Shown: in pieces, positions 52,427 to 64,000 of the stretch
Position numbering within the stretch: the stretch's first letter is position 1
Layout: each line of letters begins with the position of its first letter
Source: Zootoca vivipara
Lineage: Eukaryota
DNA length: 64,000 nucleotides
NCBI RefSeq assembly: GCF_963506605.1
Contig: NC_083294.1
Span: forward strand, 33,108,001 to 33,172,000
Direction: 5' to 3'
Notes under the pieces: model-generated
Seen by the model: the letters and a program-made list of their open reading frames with translations, nothing else
Told to the model about the DNA's origin: nothing
Databases searched by the model: none
Translations under genes and position numbers: made by a program

Positions 52427-52489
<63 letters not shown>
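52019..52489 (-). mobile_element. non-autonomous Helitron of a second family; 5' end inside a (TC)n tract
   Basis: Minus-strand hairpin GGCCACA-gcaaca-TGTGGCC followed by aggtcccgCTAG|T; aaaacagcttgaccgatt motif near the 5' end. Confidence 0.75.
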
Positions 52490-52490
<1 letters not shown>

Positions 52491-52623
52491 GACAGCTGGA
52501 TAGGTTTTTGCATTACTCCAAGCCTAACAATTAAAGCAGCAATGTACAACCACGAGTTCACCTATTCATGGTGCCTCTTTTGTCTACATTACAGTATGCA
52601 AAGCCACAAAGTCAAATGCTGCT

Positions 52624-52835
52624 NNNNNNNNNNNNNNNNNNNNNNNNNNNNNNNNNNNNNNNNNNNNNNNNNNNNNNNNNNNNNNNNNNNNNNNNNNNNN
52701 NNNNNNNNNNNNNNNNNNNNNNNNNNNNNNNNNNNNNNNNNNNNNNNNNNNNNNNNNNNNNNNNNNNNNNNNNNNNNNNNNNNNNNNNNNNNNNNNNNNN
52801 NNNNNNNNNNNNNNNNNNNNNNNNNNNNNNNNNNN
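52624..52835. other. assembly gap (212 N)
   Basis: Run of N. Confidence 1.
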
Positions 52836-55800
52836 AACAATTAAAAATGACTTAGGTATAATTGGAATTTACCTTATAATATTAATACTTACACTAATAT
52901 CTTGACATGCAAAATCATTTTAATAATTCAAAATGCCAGACAGCTTGGATGAGAGGCAAGAGGAAGGTGGGGAAGAGGAAAGGGAAAATAATTTATAGCT
53001 GTAAATTATAAAATGAGTTCTTGTAGAAATTCAGCAAGGAACAATGCAAACTATGCAACTCCTTAAAAGGAGTATTAGCTCAATCATTTCCTAGCAAGAT
53101 CAAAAGGTGAATTCAAGCAATACTTGTGGTTTTTAAATTTTTAAAACAAAAGAAATCCTAGCCATTGCTTACCATATGTTACTCAAGGAACTAATGGAAG
53201 TGCCTATCCATACAGCTCACTTTTCATACTTTTCATATTTAAGGTGAGATCCAAACCCTTCTCACACTCATTCATTCGAGGGGGGAGAAAAATGCTTTCA
53301 AACAGCAGGCCTTTGTGCATTGCACTGGAAGACCTTGAGAAGGTGCTGCCACTTAAAGGGGAAGTGGAATTATAAAAATTTCCACACATGAGAGAAGCAG
53401 CTGATTATGCTAGTCTAGGTTCAAAGATTAATAATCAACTAAGGAAGTCCTGAAATGAATAACAAAAGGGTGAACATTTTATATAAAATGTGTTGAGTAC
53501 ATCATTAAAGATGTGCATAAGGAGAAGGCACAGTGTGCAGAAAGATTTGTAAAACAGCCAAATATATCCCCCTCCAGGTTACAAAATTCAATCCACATTC
53601 ATTTTTAGTGTCCTCTAGTTTAGAAATCGAAAGTAGTTTTTTTCATTGTTTGACTAATCAATTCGTTATTCAGTACTAAGACCTCTGCCAATGAAGCTAT
53701 GTCACTCACATAAGGCACACTTTATTGTGTCTGATGTACCTAATTTCCTTGTATTAATGTGCTCACACAATATGCTTTGGACACAGATTGACTGACATGG
53801 TAGAATAATGTGATCTGCTTTGAAGCATGAAGGTAGATCTTGAATTTAAGACAGAACGTGAATTTTAAGGTGCTATATTTGACAGAACGGTCACAGATGC
53901 AGGAATAAAATTTAACATACCAGAATGCATAATCATTTATGCCATTTTGGTGAAGATCTATTCCAGTTATTTAGAAAATATTGTGAATTTTCATTAGCAA
54001 CCACAGTGTAACAGTACATCACATACCAATTTGAAAAAAAAATGCATACCAACTTTTAAACAGCACATTTTAATGCTTTCATTTACAAGTGAGTCTCTCC
54101 CCCCTGCACTCATTGAGTAATTTCTCAACCACAGTATATAAATTGTTGTGCACGACTAGTATTTCTTTGCTGCTTTGAAACAAAAGCAAACACAACCACA
54201 ACCAGAAAAAGAACATCAGCATCACAAAAAACAACTGTGAAAGTCCATTCAGTTGCCACATTTTCAGCAAAACAACGGAACCTCAATCAGGCACCAAAAG
54301 GGCTAGGGAAAGCTGATCAAAGAATGATAGCTCCAGCTCTTCCTATGTTAATTCCTGGCCAGGTGGACAGTACAGGGAAAAGTATAGGGGTGGGATAATA
54401 AATGACTTTATTAAAACAACACTGTTTGCAAGTTAAACCTACAGAAAACACAAGGCCTTCCCACTCTGACAAGACAAATGCACTTCTAATTTAGCTTAAT
54501 AAAGTGAGAGACAGACTAATAATTAAAAACAGGTTGACAACTTAATTTAACTGCATACTGAAGGCAACAGGGTGCTGCAAAGGCACTGCACCATGTTGAA
54601 CACATGCACTAGCAGGGGAGGAAAAAAATTAAAATTGACAGTGTTAATGTGTGTTTAAAAATAGCATATTGTTCATTAAACGGGAAGTGAATAAGTTGTA
54701 CTAAAATATTGTTATTTTATAATTGAAGGATAATCATGAGAACTCTAGAACAAAGACTGTACAATGCCAGGGGTTTCAAACTAGAGACACTAGGACTCTA
54801 GGATTCACTCACTCCCTCATAGTTTCAGCCAGTGGTTTGTTTGTTTGTTTGTTTTTAAAAGGTTTAGGGGTACTCTCATTTTGACTCAAGAAAATCACCA
54901 TTTTATAGTTCAAATCAGGAAAAATAAATCCAGTAAATGGATAAAAGTACAAAGATTCACAAAATGTTTAAGGGTATGCATACCCGTGCCGCCCCCCCCC
55001 CCCCAGAAAAAAAGCAAAAGTTTCAGCTGTGCCATTGTGACAACTTGTTACAGAAACAGATGCTGGCTTGCCTTTGTTTCACTGCAGCTTCACAACAGCC
55101 AAAGAGTGGAGTTGCAATGACCAGTTCAGTAGAGATAGCCAAGAGAGGCCTACATGGGCTAATAAAGCTGCAGACTATCCTGGCTGCTTAATCTAGACTT
55201 GTAATTTTATTGGACTGCTTGGTTAATGCCTAATACTCAGCTCACCCCCAACCATGATGAAAAGCAACTGAAAGAATAGATGTAACTAAACCAAAGCACC
55301 TATAAAATCTATACTACTTGGTTGTACCACTGCAAACACTGTAATAGCAAAAATTTGCAGGCAAAAGTTTTTAAGTTTATCCATTCCCCAAATCTAAGTG
55401 CAATCATTTACATTTGCTAGCTTTCTTTTATTGGGCTAGGCTTTTGCATTCACCCACATGAGCCAAATGAAAATATTAGGCTTCTACCTCATTAGTGCCT
55501 TTCATTCTCTTTTCATACAAGAGAGAGAGAGAGAGAGAGAGCTAAATGTTGACACTCTCTTGAGGTTTACATTCTGTGACAAGATTCAGAGTGAATTTGG
55601 TTTTCTTCCAAGGAAGCCTCAAAACACAGCAAGTACCAAATGTATTTCCCCCTCAAATACACCTAATCTGAAGAGGTTTTAAAATATAATTGAATTATAG
55701 TAGTTTAGTATTTTCAGTTAAGTATCAGCATGAATCCCTAGAGAAAATCAGAATTCAGAGTTAATATTCTCTGTTTCTATGGGGCTTAATGGTACTTACC

Positions 55801-56449
55801 TAACAGGCATGAATACTTAGAATATTGACTTTCCAGCACATATACTGTACTCTAAGGCAGGGGTTCTCAAAGTTTCTACCACCTGAGCCCACTTGAGATA
55901 GCTGAAAATTACTGAGGCCCACCAAGTGGAAAATGGTGGTACAGAGGCAGAGCCATGCATAAAATTGTGGCAGATGGAGGCCAAGTTAATTTGTTACATT
56001 ATTTGCCATTGCTGGCTCAGGAGGCATTGTGATGCAGCCTCTCTATTTTAGGCAGTATTTGGTGATCTAGAGCTTCTTATTTTATATTTTCCTCCTCCGA
56101 CTATTTGAACTGGATCCTGTAATTTCTTGTCTCATTATATCATTCAACGCTCAGCTTATACCATTTGTCACCACCCAAAATCCACATTTCTTTCAACCCT
56201 TCTCCCTAGTCCTTTTACTTCCTCTTGTGCTTCTTAGCACTTTCCTTTTTTCACAGTCTGATTTACTGTTATTAATAAATAGTAACAAATATTAACCTTC
56301 TCTCTGAATTTCTAATGTTTTTTCAACACATAATCTGGCCCTTTCCTCTCAAAAGAGGAAGATTTCCTTTCCCCCCACTCCCAATCTGAATTTTTTTTGT
56401 CTCCCAAGTTACTTTTACTCAGCATGTAAGAGGTTTCTAGTGCTGGCAC

Positions 56450-56538
56450 CATAGCTGCCAAGTTTTCCCTTTTCTCACGAGAAAGCCTATCAGCATAAGG
56501 GAAAATCCCTTAAAAAAAGGGATAACTTGGCAGCTATG
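56450..56538. mobile_element. 89-bp hAT mini-MITE
   Basis: Perfect 15-bp TIR CATAGCTGCCAAGTT; perfect 8-bp TSD gctggcac. Confidence 0.9.
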
Positions 56539-57209
56539 GCTGGCACTGGTCCATCCCAAAAGGCTATGGCACAGGTAGGAGTGCAGCAGGCAAGTCAAGA
56601 GGCACTGCACAGGTTGTGGCTCTTCCTACAATACCACCACTTGGACTAGGGGGCAACGGATATCTCTGTTGCATGAAAAGGTGGGATATAAATTTAATAG
56701 AAAAAATAAATTAAACTGCACTGCATGTCGTGCTATACTGAACTGGCAGAGGAAAGAAATTGCTCTTAAAATTCACATCCACCTATATAGCAGTCATCCT
56801 GAGGCTAGAGTACACCCAGTTTGGTCAGAGTCTTAATGGTAGTAGAGGCTATGAAATGAATAATCTGTCTAGGTCAAATGTCAGTCTGCACATGTTTGGC
56901 CCTTCTTAACAGGATGATAAAATAGTATAGGACAGATTTGCCTTCCATTTAGATTATGTAAATGTTTGTTATCTGAAGTTAAATGGTGTCTTAAAAGATT
57001 CCCTGAGAGCTGAGCTTCTGTGGTTTCAGGCAGGGGTCCTTCCCAAACATTCCTGAATCTAGGATCCTCCACTGAGCTATGGCCCTTCCCCAATAATATC
57101 TAATCACTAATAAAACATAAGAATAACCAATCTTAGGGGTGTGTGCTGTATGTTGAACAACTGCTGCTGGAAGTTTGCAGTTGAAATATCACCTCCACTT
57201 TGTACTCAC

Positions 57210-57378
57210 CAGCACCTGATTTAAGGCACTGAAGGCAGTTCCCCTACACAGGGCGCTGAGCCAAGGGGGTGCAAAATAATAATAAATAAAAAAGGAATTC
57301 TTGTGAAAATAAGAAATATTAGGGAGGCACCAAATTCTGTCCTCACTCAGGACACCATATTACCAAAGTTCGCCTCTG
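57210..57378. mobile_element. degenerate hAT-like MITE
   Basis: CAG...CTG ends with duplicated tactcac flanks. Confidence 0.55.
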
Positions 57379-59496
57379 TACTCACATTCTTTTTCTCTGT
57401 ACCATACCTAAGTATCTGCAACCTGGAGACAATAATACTGACTAACATTCCAGGTTACTACAAGGATTATCAAAATAATGTATGTTAGCTGCTGAAACAT
57501 CCACATAGACATTCTAATTGTTATTAGTTACCACACTAGACATAAACAACTACATCTGCAAATTCCTGCATTTTACATCTTCTTCATCTCTTTGATTCGA
57601 CCTAAAATATTCAACTATTCTTGATAAATTCATGGTGTAGTTTTCATTTGGTAAAAACAACCACTGGTTGGCTGATTACGTGAAACTGTTATCAAGGATT
57701 AGCTGCTTTCTTTTCATGGCAAGTTTTGATCTGATAAAGCTCTATCCACTTGAACTGATCCTGTAAATTGGCAATGCATTGCTCAGAAAATATAAAGATA
57801 GAACAAGGTTGAGGTTTTCTCCCATCCAGTTCTAAAGTGATAAAAAGGTTTTCTACTAATCAGATCCAAACTACATGTAGGACTCCTACTAGAACCTCAC
57901 TGGTGTGACTTTCCTGGATATCATTTGAATGACATCATTGAGTGTTCCATACATTGCAGAATGATGCACAAATGAACACCAAGAACTGTGCCACATAGTT
58001 TACATTGCATTAATGTCGCACACCCTACCACAAATTACCTATCTTTAAGAGTACCTGACTTCCAGTCAAATATGATTTTCAGTTCATCTGGAAATAATCT
58101 TCTCATTCCTGTCAAACACTTAAAATGAACTTTCCAGAGCATGCCTTAAGCTACTGGATGCCCTAATGGTTATCACAAGCTGTTGCATCCAATTCATTTA
58201 CATTGGTTGAAAGTACAATACACACCACTAAATTCAAAAGCTGTAGCATTTTAATCCCAAGATGTTAATTAGCAACTACTTTGGACAATGCTGCAAACAA
58301 TGTCACCTAATTGTCAGTCCCCCATCAAATTAACAGTCTAGTTTCATTGCGTATGAAAACTGAAACATTTTCGTGTTTGTGAGGAGAGAGTCACAGTCAT
58401 TCAAAACCATACATCAGGATAATTTAAATATTTTTGATAAATATCAATGCAGACCTAGGGTTTCAGTTGATAGCTCTCACATGAAATGAAACACGGAATG
58501 TCTTAGAAAAAAATCCAAACTTGTTTGATCTGAACATTTTAAAATTAAATATGACTATCTTTAAATTAATGGAGCTTCTATTGCAGGTATAGCCCAGATG
58601 TTGTGGGCTTCCATTAGCTCCAACTAGTAAAACCAACTGTCAAAGGCAATGGAAGTCACTCTGTTCTACTGCTCCTATGTTTGATGTTGCAGGGCAGGGG
58701 TGTTGGCAGGGCAGGGGTGTTAGTAAGGTTTGAGATAATAAGTAGTAACCAGATCATCTGACAAATAAAGTGACTTCTTGTAAAATCTTCAAACAAACTG
58801 GATTCACACTTATCAAATAATGCAGTGCAATCCTGTGGAGTGGAATGGACAGTTGTAGATTTACCTTGGGCTACTTTCAGAAATCTCATTTTTGTTAGAA
58901 AGAAAATATGTTGTAAATGCACAGAAAAAGGATTTCCTATATAAAAATGACTCTTTTTTGTTGTTGCCATCTATCATTTCTTATTTATGCACTTTTCCTG
59001 TTTCTAAAGTATAAATCTGTATTTTATAATTTAAATTCAATGAGTACATTAATGCATCACTGATGTGATGAGTGCAATCTACTTTGCATTCAAGTAAAAG
59101 CAAACACATTGGATTTCATGATTGTGGATTGTACCCCGAAAGCCTTATATTCACATAGCCCTGAAAAATTCTAAAACTTAAAGTTACAATGGGTACACAT
59201 TTATTTATCATATTTTTATTGCGACTTCAGTTATAATTTCAGGTAACTCTAAAAGAAAGAATAAACAGTTAAAATGTAAATTAAAAACCAAAATCAATGC
59301 AGCATAAGACAGGCAGCAGGAATAAAGATACATCTAAAAAACTTTAGAAAATGAGGTTTGTGCCCAGAGCCCCCCCAAAAAAGTAAGATAGATGGGGATA
59401 AATTTCTAACACCATCAATGAAGTACTCCCTCTGGTAGCCACTTGTGTCAAGTGAGATGGTCAGTTACTCCAATCCTAAATTATAAAGGCTTTAAA

Positions 59497-59538
59497 AGTT
59501 TGAGTAAGCAATTCGGCAGTTTGAGTAAGCAATTCGGC
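59497..59538. repeat. perfect 21-bp tandem duplication
   Basis: agtttgagtaagcaattcggc twice. Confidence 0.9.
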
Positions 59539-62500
59539 TGTTACGTTCTGCACCAATTATACTCTCCAATCTTCAAAGTGAGCCTAATGTATAGTATGTT
59601 ACTTACACCGGACCGAAGTTTATATGTGTGTGTGTGTGTGTATTAATACAATGTAAGAATTGGATGTAATTTGTATCCCACTGTTCTTACAAGGAGTAAG
59701 GTACCCATGAATTCCCTCTTTTTACTTGCTCTGAAATGGCTCTCAAGTTGACTTGAAGTCTCAATATTATCAAATAGTGTCAAGCAACAAGAACAGAAAA
59801 TGAATTGTGAAAGCTGGTTTTAGCATGTAAAAGGCTTACAGAAAAATTAAGAGGGAAACCAGGTATGTTCATGGAGTTCAGGCAACACGGTAAGATACAA
59901 ATAGACCTGCAGTCCTAAGAAGTGCTATCCAGATCCAAGCAAGATTAAGCTAATTGAATACAAATAAGGCAGTAGCCAGATTTTGAAATATTGCAGAAGC
60001 ACTCCCAGCTCCCCAACTACCAAATGATTTTTCAAATGCTACATTTAATACATTGTTCTTTGGCTAATTTTGGGCACTGTATCAAGTCATGATCTGCTCT
60101 AACCATAGTTTAGAACCCAAACCATAGCTTGAGTTTCCAAATGCTGATTTGAAAAACTGCTTATCTGTTCCCCTTTTCCCATTGGTCTTTGGAAACGAAA
60201 ATACAGAAACAAAGCAAGCAAGGCAAGGTGGGTAGGATTTGTGCTTTAGAAGAGAAAGACGGGGGGAGGGGTACATGGCTCTGTGGCTCAGCAACTGGCA
60301 AGGCCACATGTGCACATGCTCTATGCCAAATCTGCAGTATCACATCTGCACCACTCAAATTTCAGTTGTGTTAAATTTGAAGTTAAAGGCATAGTTGCTA
60401 TAATTTAATGAGAAATGTTTTTCTGCTCTCATGATATGATTTATATTGGAGCTGCCATGTTGCCAGGAAATTAAAATGAAACACAGCAAGCATTTATGTG
60501 AAATCTATATTGCTCTGTGGTCTTCTGTTTGTACAACAAGCCAAATCATGCAGTGAACTAGAAAAAATGAGCATAAGTTAAATGGAATCCCATTCTAACA
60601 GCAAGCTCTGTAATCAATTTTGCAACACAAAACTGAGGGAACGAAACAAAGTCAGGCTTACTCACATATTCATTGTAGGGGGACATTAAGAAAATTTGTC
60701 TATTTTTTTAAAAAAAAGAAACTGGCAAACTGGCAAATGTTATCTGGATCTGAACAGTTTAATCAATGTACCGGTAGTTTTATCAAATGTTATGAATTAG
60801 CCTTCCTCAAGGCAACTTCTGATTAACCAAAAAAAGTCCCATAGGCTTTGGTATTTTCTAAAATTCATTTCTACCATACAGAGTTTGTATGTTTTTGTGT
60901 AATCACTATTTAGTCAAATTTAAGTAGCTCTATATAATTGCCAACACACTGTTATATTCAAGTTTGTAACAGGGCTATTTCATCTGCTCTACTGAAGTGC
61001 CAGTTCCACTAGTCTCCTCCCAAACCTGAGTCATTTCTAGTCATCTAATTACTTTAAAAATACTACTTAACATTTAAGAACTGGTGACCAAGTTTGCTTC
61101 TCCATATTACTTTTTCCTTTTGTTTCGTGCATTTCAGATTTTAAGCTTAACTGTATGTAAGGTGCTTTGGGAGCCTTTTTAGCTGGAGAACAGGGTTAAA
61201 ATGTTCTAACTAAACAATATACAAATTATTGAATTGTGTTTTCATCTATAACACTTGTGAAAATTGATTACATTTACATGTGATTTTTCTTCCATCATGA
61301 AACACCAGACAATGTACATGTGGTTCATCCAGGCAGTAAACACACTAGGACCTGCCTAGCCTCAGAATGGTGGTAGCCTCAAATTGGAATTTAGATGCAG
61401 CTAATGGCTGACAGCTTGTAGACCAGAGATGATGATACTTTATTCCTTTCACTAATCAAACCCTCCTTGACCAATGAAATATCTACTGTAGTCCAGCTAC
61501 AGAGTTTCACAAAATAACTTTTCCTATTCATCTTGTTCTGGTCTAGAACCTATCCTTCAGGCACCTACTTTATTCTACAAGGGATTTTTCAGAAATTTGT
61601 TCATTGCTTTCATGTTTTGATTCTGGACCGCCTAAGCATTTTTCTTTTCTGCATAATTCCCCACCCCTGCAGATCATTCAGTCTAAAAAGATATAATACA
61701 GCCAGCCCTCCTCTGTGTGTTCCTCACCCTCATTCCTTTTCTGTAGATAAAGGGAGTTGTCACCTTGGAAGTCAAGTTTTTTTTGGATGCTGTCATTGTC
61801 TCATGCATGTAGCTAAGGGTGGGGGTGATGCCTTCCCTAGATCCACAAAAATGTTCTCTTTTGGGGGATATATCTACGCATGATTTCCCAGAAAAGCTCA
61901 ACAATTTTGGCTGCCCTCGCAGCCTGGCTATGACCATGCATAGTCCCAGATTAAACAGTAAGGGAGTGCCATCCGACTACAAAATTCTCTAAGCACATGC
62001 AAATAGATTCTTAAGACAGCTGGAACCACTGGATGTTTTAAGAGGATTAAACCAAATGTTGGTTGAGGTGGGCAGGTAGCTAAAGCTAATAGGCAGGACT
62101 GAATAGATAGCCTTAGAAAACAAAACAAAGCTGAACTGGAGAGCAGCCAACCACATGGCCACAAAGAGGTAGAGTGGAGAGATCTAACATTCAGAAAGCT
62201 GTAGAAAAGAGGAAATACTAAGAGATGCAATATCCACTATAATTTTAAAAAATTCCTTCAGTAGCACCTTAAAGACCAACTAAGTTTTTATTTTGGTATG
62301 AGCTTTCGTGTGCATGCACACTTCTTTTTGCAGTAGAGGTGGGTGAAGAAATCAAACTCTTTGCTGCCAAGATATTCAAATAGCAACACATTAGGGAAAA
62401 AAAGGGGGCGAGAAACGTCTTTCCAAACTCAGTTTAAATTATTATATTGGTCATATTCACAAGTTGGCCAAAATGCTGTGGTCATCCCAATTCCACTCTT

Positions 62501-64000
62501 CTTATTTTTAAGATACCTTATCTCTCACCACTACTCATTGTTCAAGAGCCATCACAAAAACCGAAGCTACTGGTATTATTGCTGTGTAGAAGATTGATTT
62601 TGCATTGCAGGGGAGGGGGCAGAGTTTGCAGGAGGATTCATAGCAACAAAATTAAATTAAATTATCATTAAATTATCCTGAACAGAACATCCTTTGAAGG
62701 CTTCCAATACACAAATATATTAAAAGTTTGAATTGAACAAATAAGCTGTCCTTGAAGTCTCTTGCTGACATTTCTATACCAAGGAACTCTGAAATGTCCA
62801 CTCATGTTTCCTCTATCAATGTCATTAAGTGTCATTTACATGACAATGCACCATTGATTACTGTTCCTTTACTGTATATTTCTCATTGAAAGATATTAAT
62901 TACCTCTCCCCACCTTTTCTCTCCACTGCATTTCAATACAAGATGACTCAACAACTGCGACAGTTAATTGGTTTGCAACAGTTTTAAGCCTTCGAAAAGA
63001 AACCATCCTAAGTGTTTTATAATTCAAACCTCTGGCTCAGTGGTAGAAAAGATAAGGGGGGGCATACAATTATCAAATATTTCACACCCTGGTATATAAT
63101 CAAATTATAAAAAGCCAAACCTTGTCACCATTCTTTTTACCCATTTATAAAATAACATATAAAACTTTTTTAAAAAAAACAAAAACAAAAAAAAACTGAA
63201 GCAATGGCCATCACCACCACTTAGCTCCACAACACAGTATGGTGGACTACTATTCACTTTTATTAACAAGACAAAAAGCATATAATTATTATTATTCCCT
63301 TCCAGAGGGGTAGGCATGTTATTCTGTTGCAAGAAAAGCAAGCTCTTGCTGCATTTAAAGAAAAATAAATTTATTATTGTATCAGTTTGCATTGAAGAGA
63401 GTCCACTTCATCAGATGCACAAAAGGTTATCCTTGGTTGGATATACATAGCCACAACCGGGGACAGGGGTTGTGAAAGTACAGTTGTACTCACCTGAAAT
63501 GTAGTTTTTCACTCCCATAAAAAGGTCAGCAGGATGGGTTGATGGCTCTACCCACTTGGTCAAAGGCAACTTTCAGGATTTCCCAACTTGCCAAGCTCAA
63601 GAAAACCAAGAATCATGGAAAAAGGAAACAACCTACCTCCCAAGAAACTAAAACTAACTTTAACTGAACTTACCCTGTATCTTTGCTGAGTTGGGGTGGA
63701 GGGGCAGTGATAAAGCCTTTAAAAAAAGTTGAGAGCAGGAGAAGTAGGGTGCTCAAAATAAAATAGGAATAAAGGCAAAATGAAGCAGAAGAAAATAAAG
63801 TGAAAAAAGAATGACTAAGCTATTCATGCTATTAAAGGTCTTAGTGCAAAAGAAGGGAGGAACCTGAAGAAATCAACAGGAGCTAATAGTGACTGTCTGC
63901 ACGTGACAAAGGCTGCAGCAGAACTGCATGGTGGGAGCTGTACCTCCCTAAACTTTGCTCCCTGACTTTGATCAAGGGGGTGGAGCCATCAACCCAACCT

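Noticed and set aside
61530-62230. Possible decayed retroelement coding sequence
   Set aside because: Motif similarity is too weak to assign.
62258-62325. Hammerhead ribozyme in a Penelope fragment
   Set aside because: The catalytic CUGANGA core is truncated.
41496-64000. Preceding DIAPH2 exon (and the following exon in 1-11919)
   Set aside because: Not found by eye; probably outside the window or in a gap.

Overview
AT-rich vertebrate genomic DNA, almost certainly from a squamate reptile and probably a lacertid lizard, judged by its Sauria and Squam3-type SINEs and squamate L2/CR1/Penelope elements. The window lies inside a minus-strand formin gene, DIAPH2. Only two coding exons are present: 41495-41371 (125 nt, missed by the ORF track) and 12084-11920 (165 nt). 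They are joined by a 29,286-nt minor-spliceosome (U12) AT-AC intron with a perfect ATATCCTTT donor and TTCCTTAAC branch site. The rest is intron filled with mobile elements: six Sauria SINEs, L2/L1/CR1 fragments, a decayed DIRS retrotransposon, Penelope ends, pogo/Tc2-like and hAT MITEs, and three Helitrons. The most unusual feature is a 1.33-kb TA-flanked TIR element (8958-10290). It carries a mosaic of CpG-rich cargo, including a piece of an AGFG1-family ArfGAP gene that appears to cross a spliced exon junction. Two Helitrons share a 5' end but carry different GC-rich cargo. There are two assembly gaps. Nearly all ORF-track entries are spurious or TE-derived. Family assignments come from recalled consensus motifs, not database searches.
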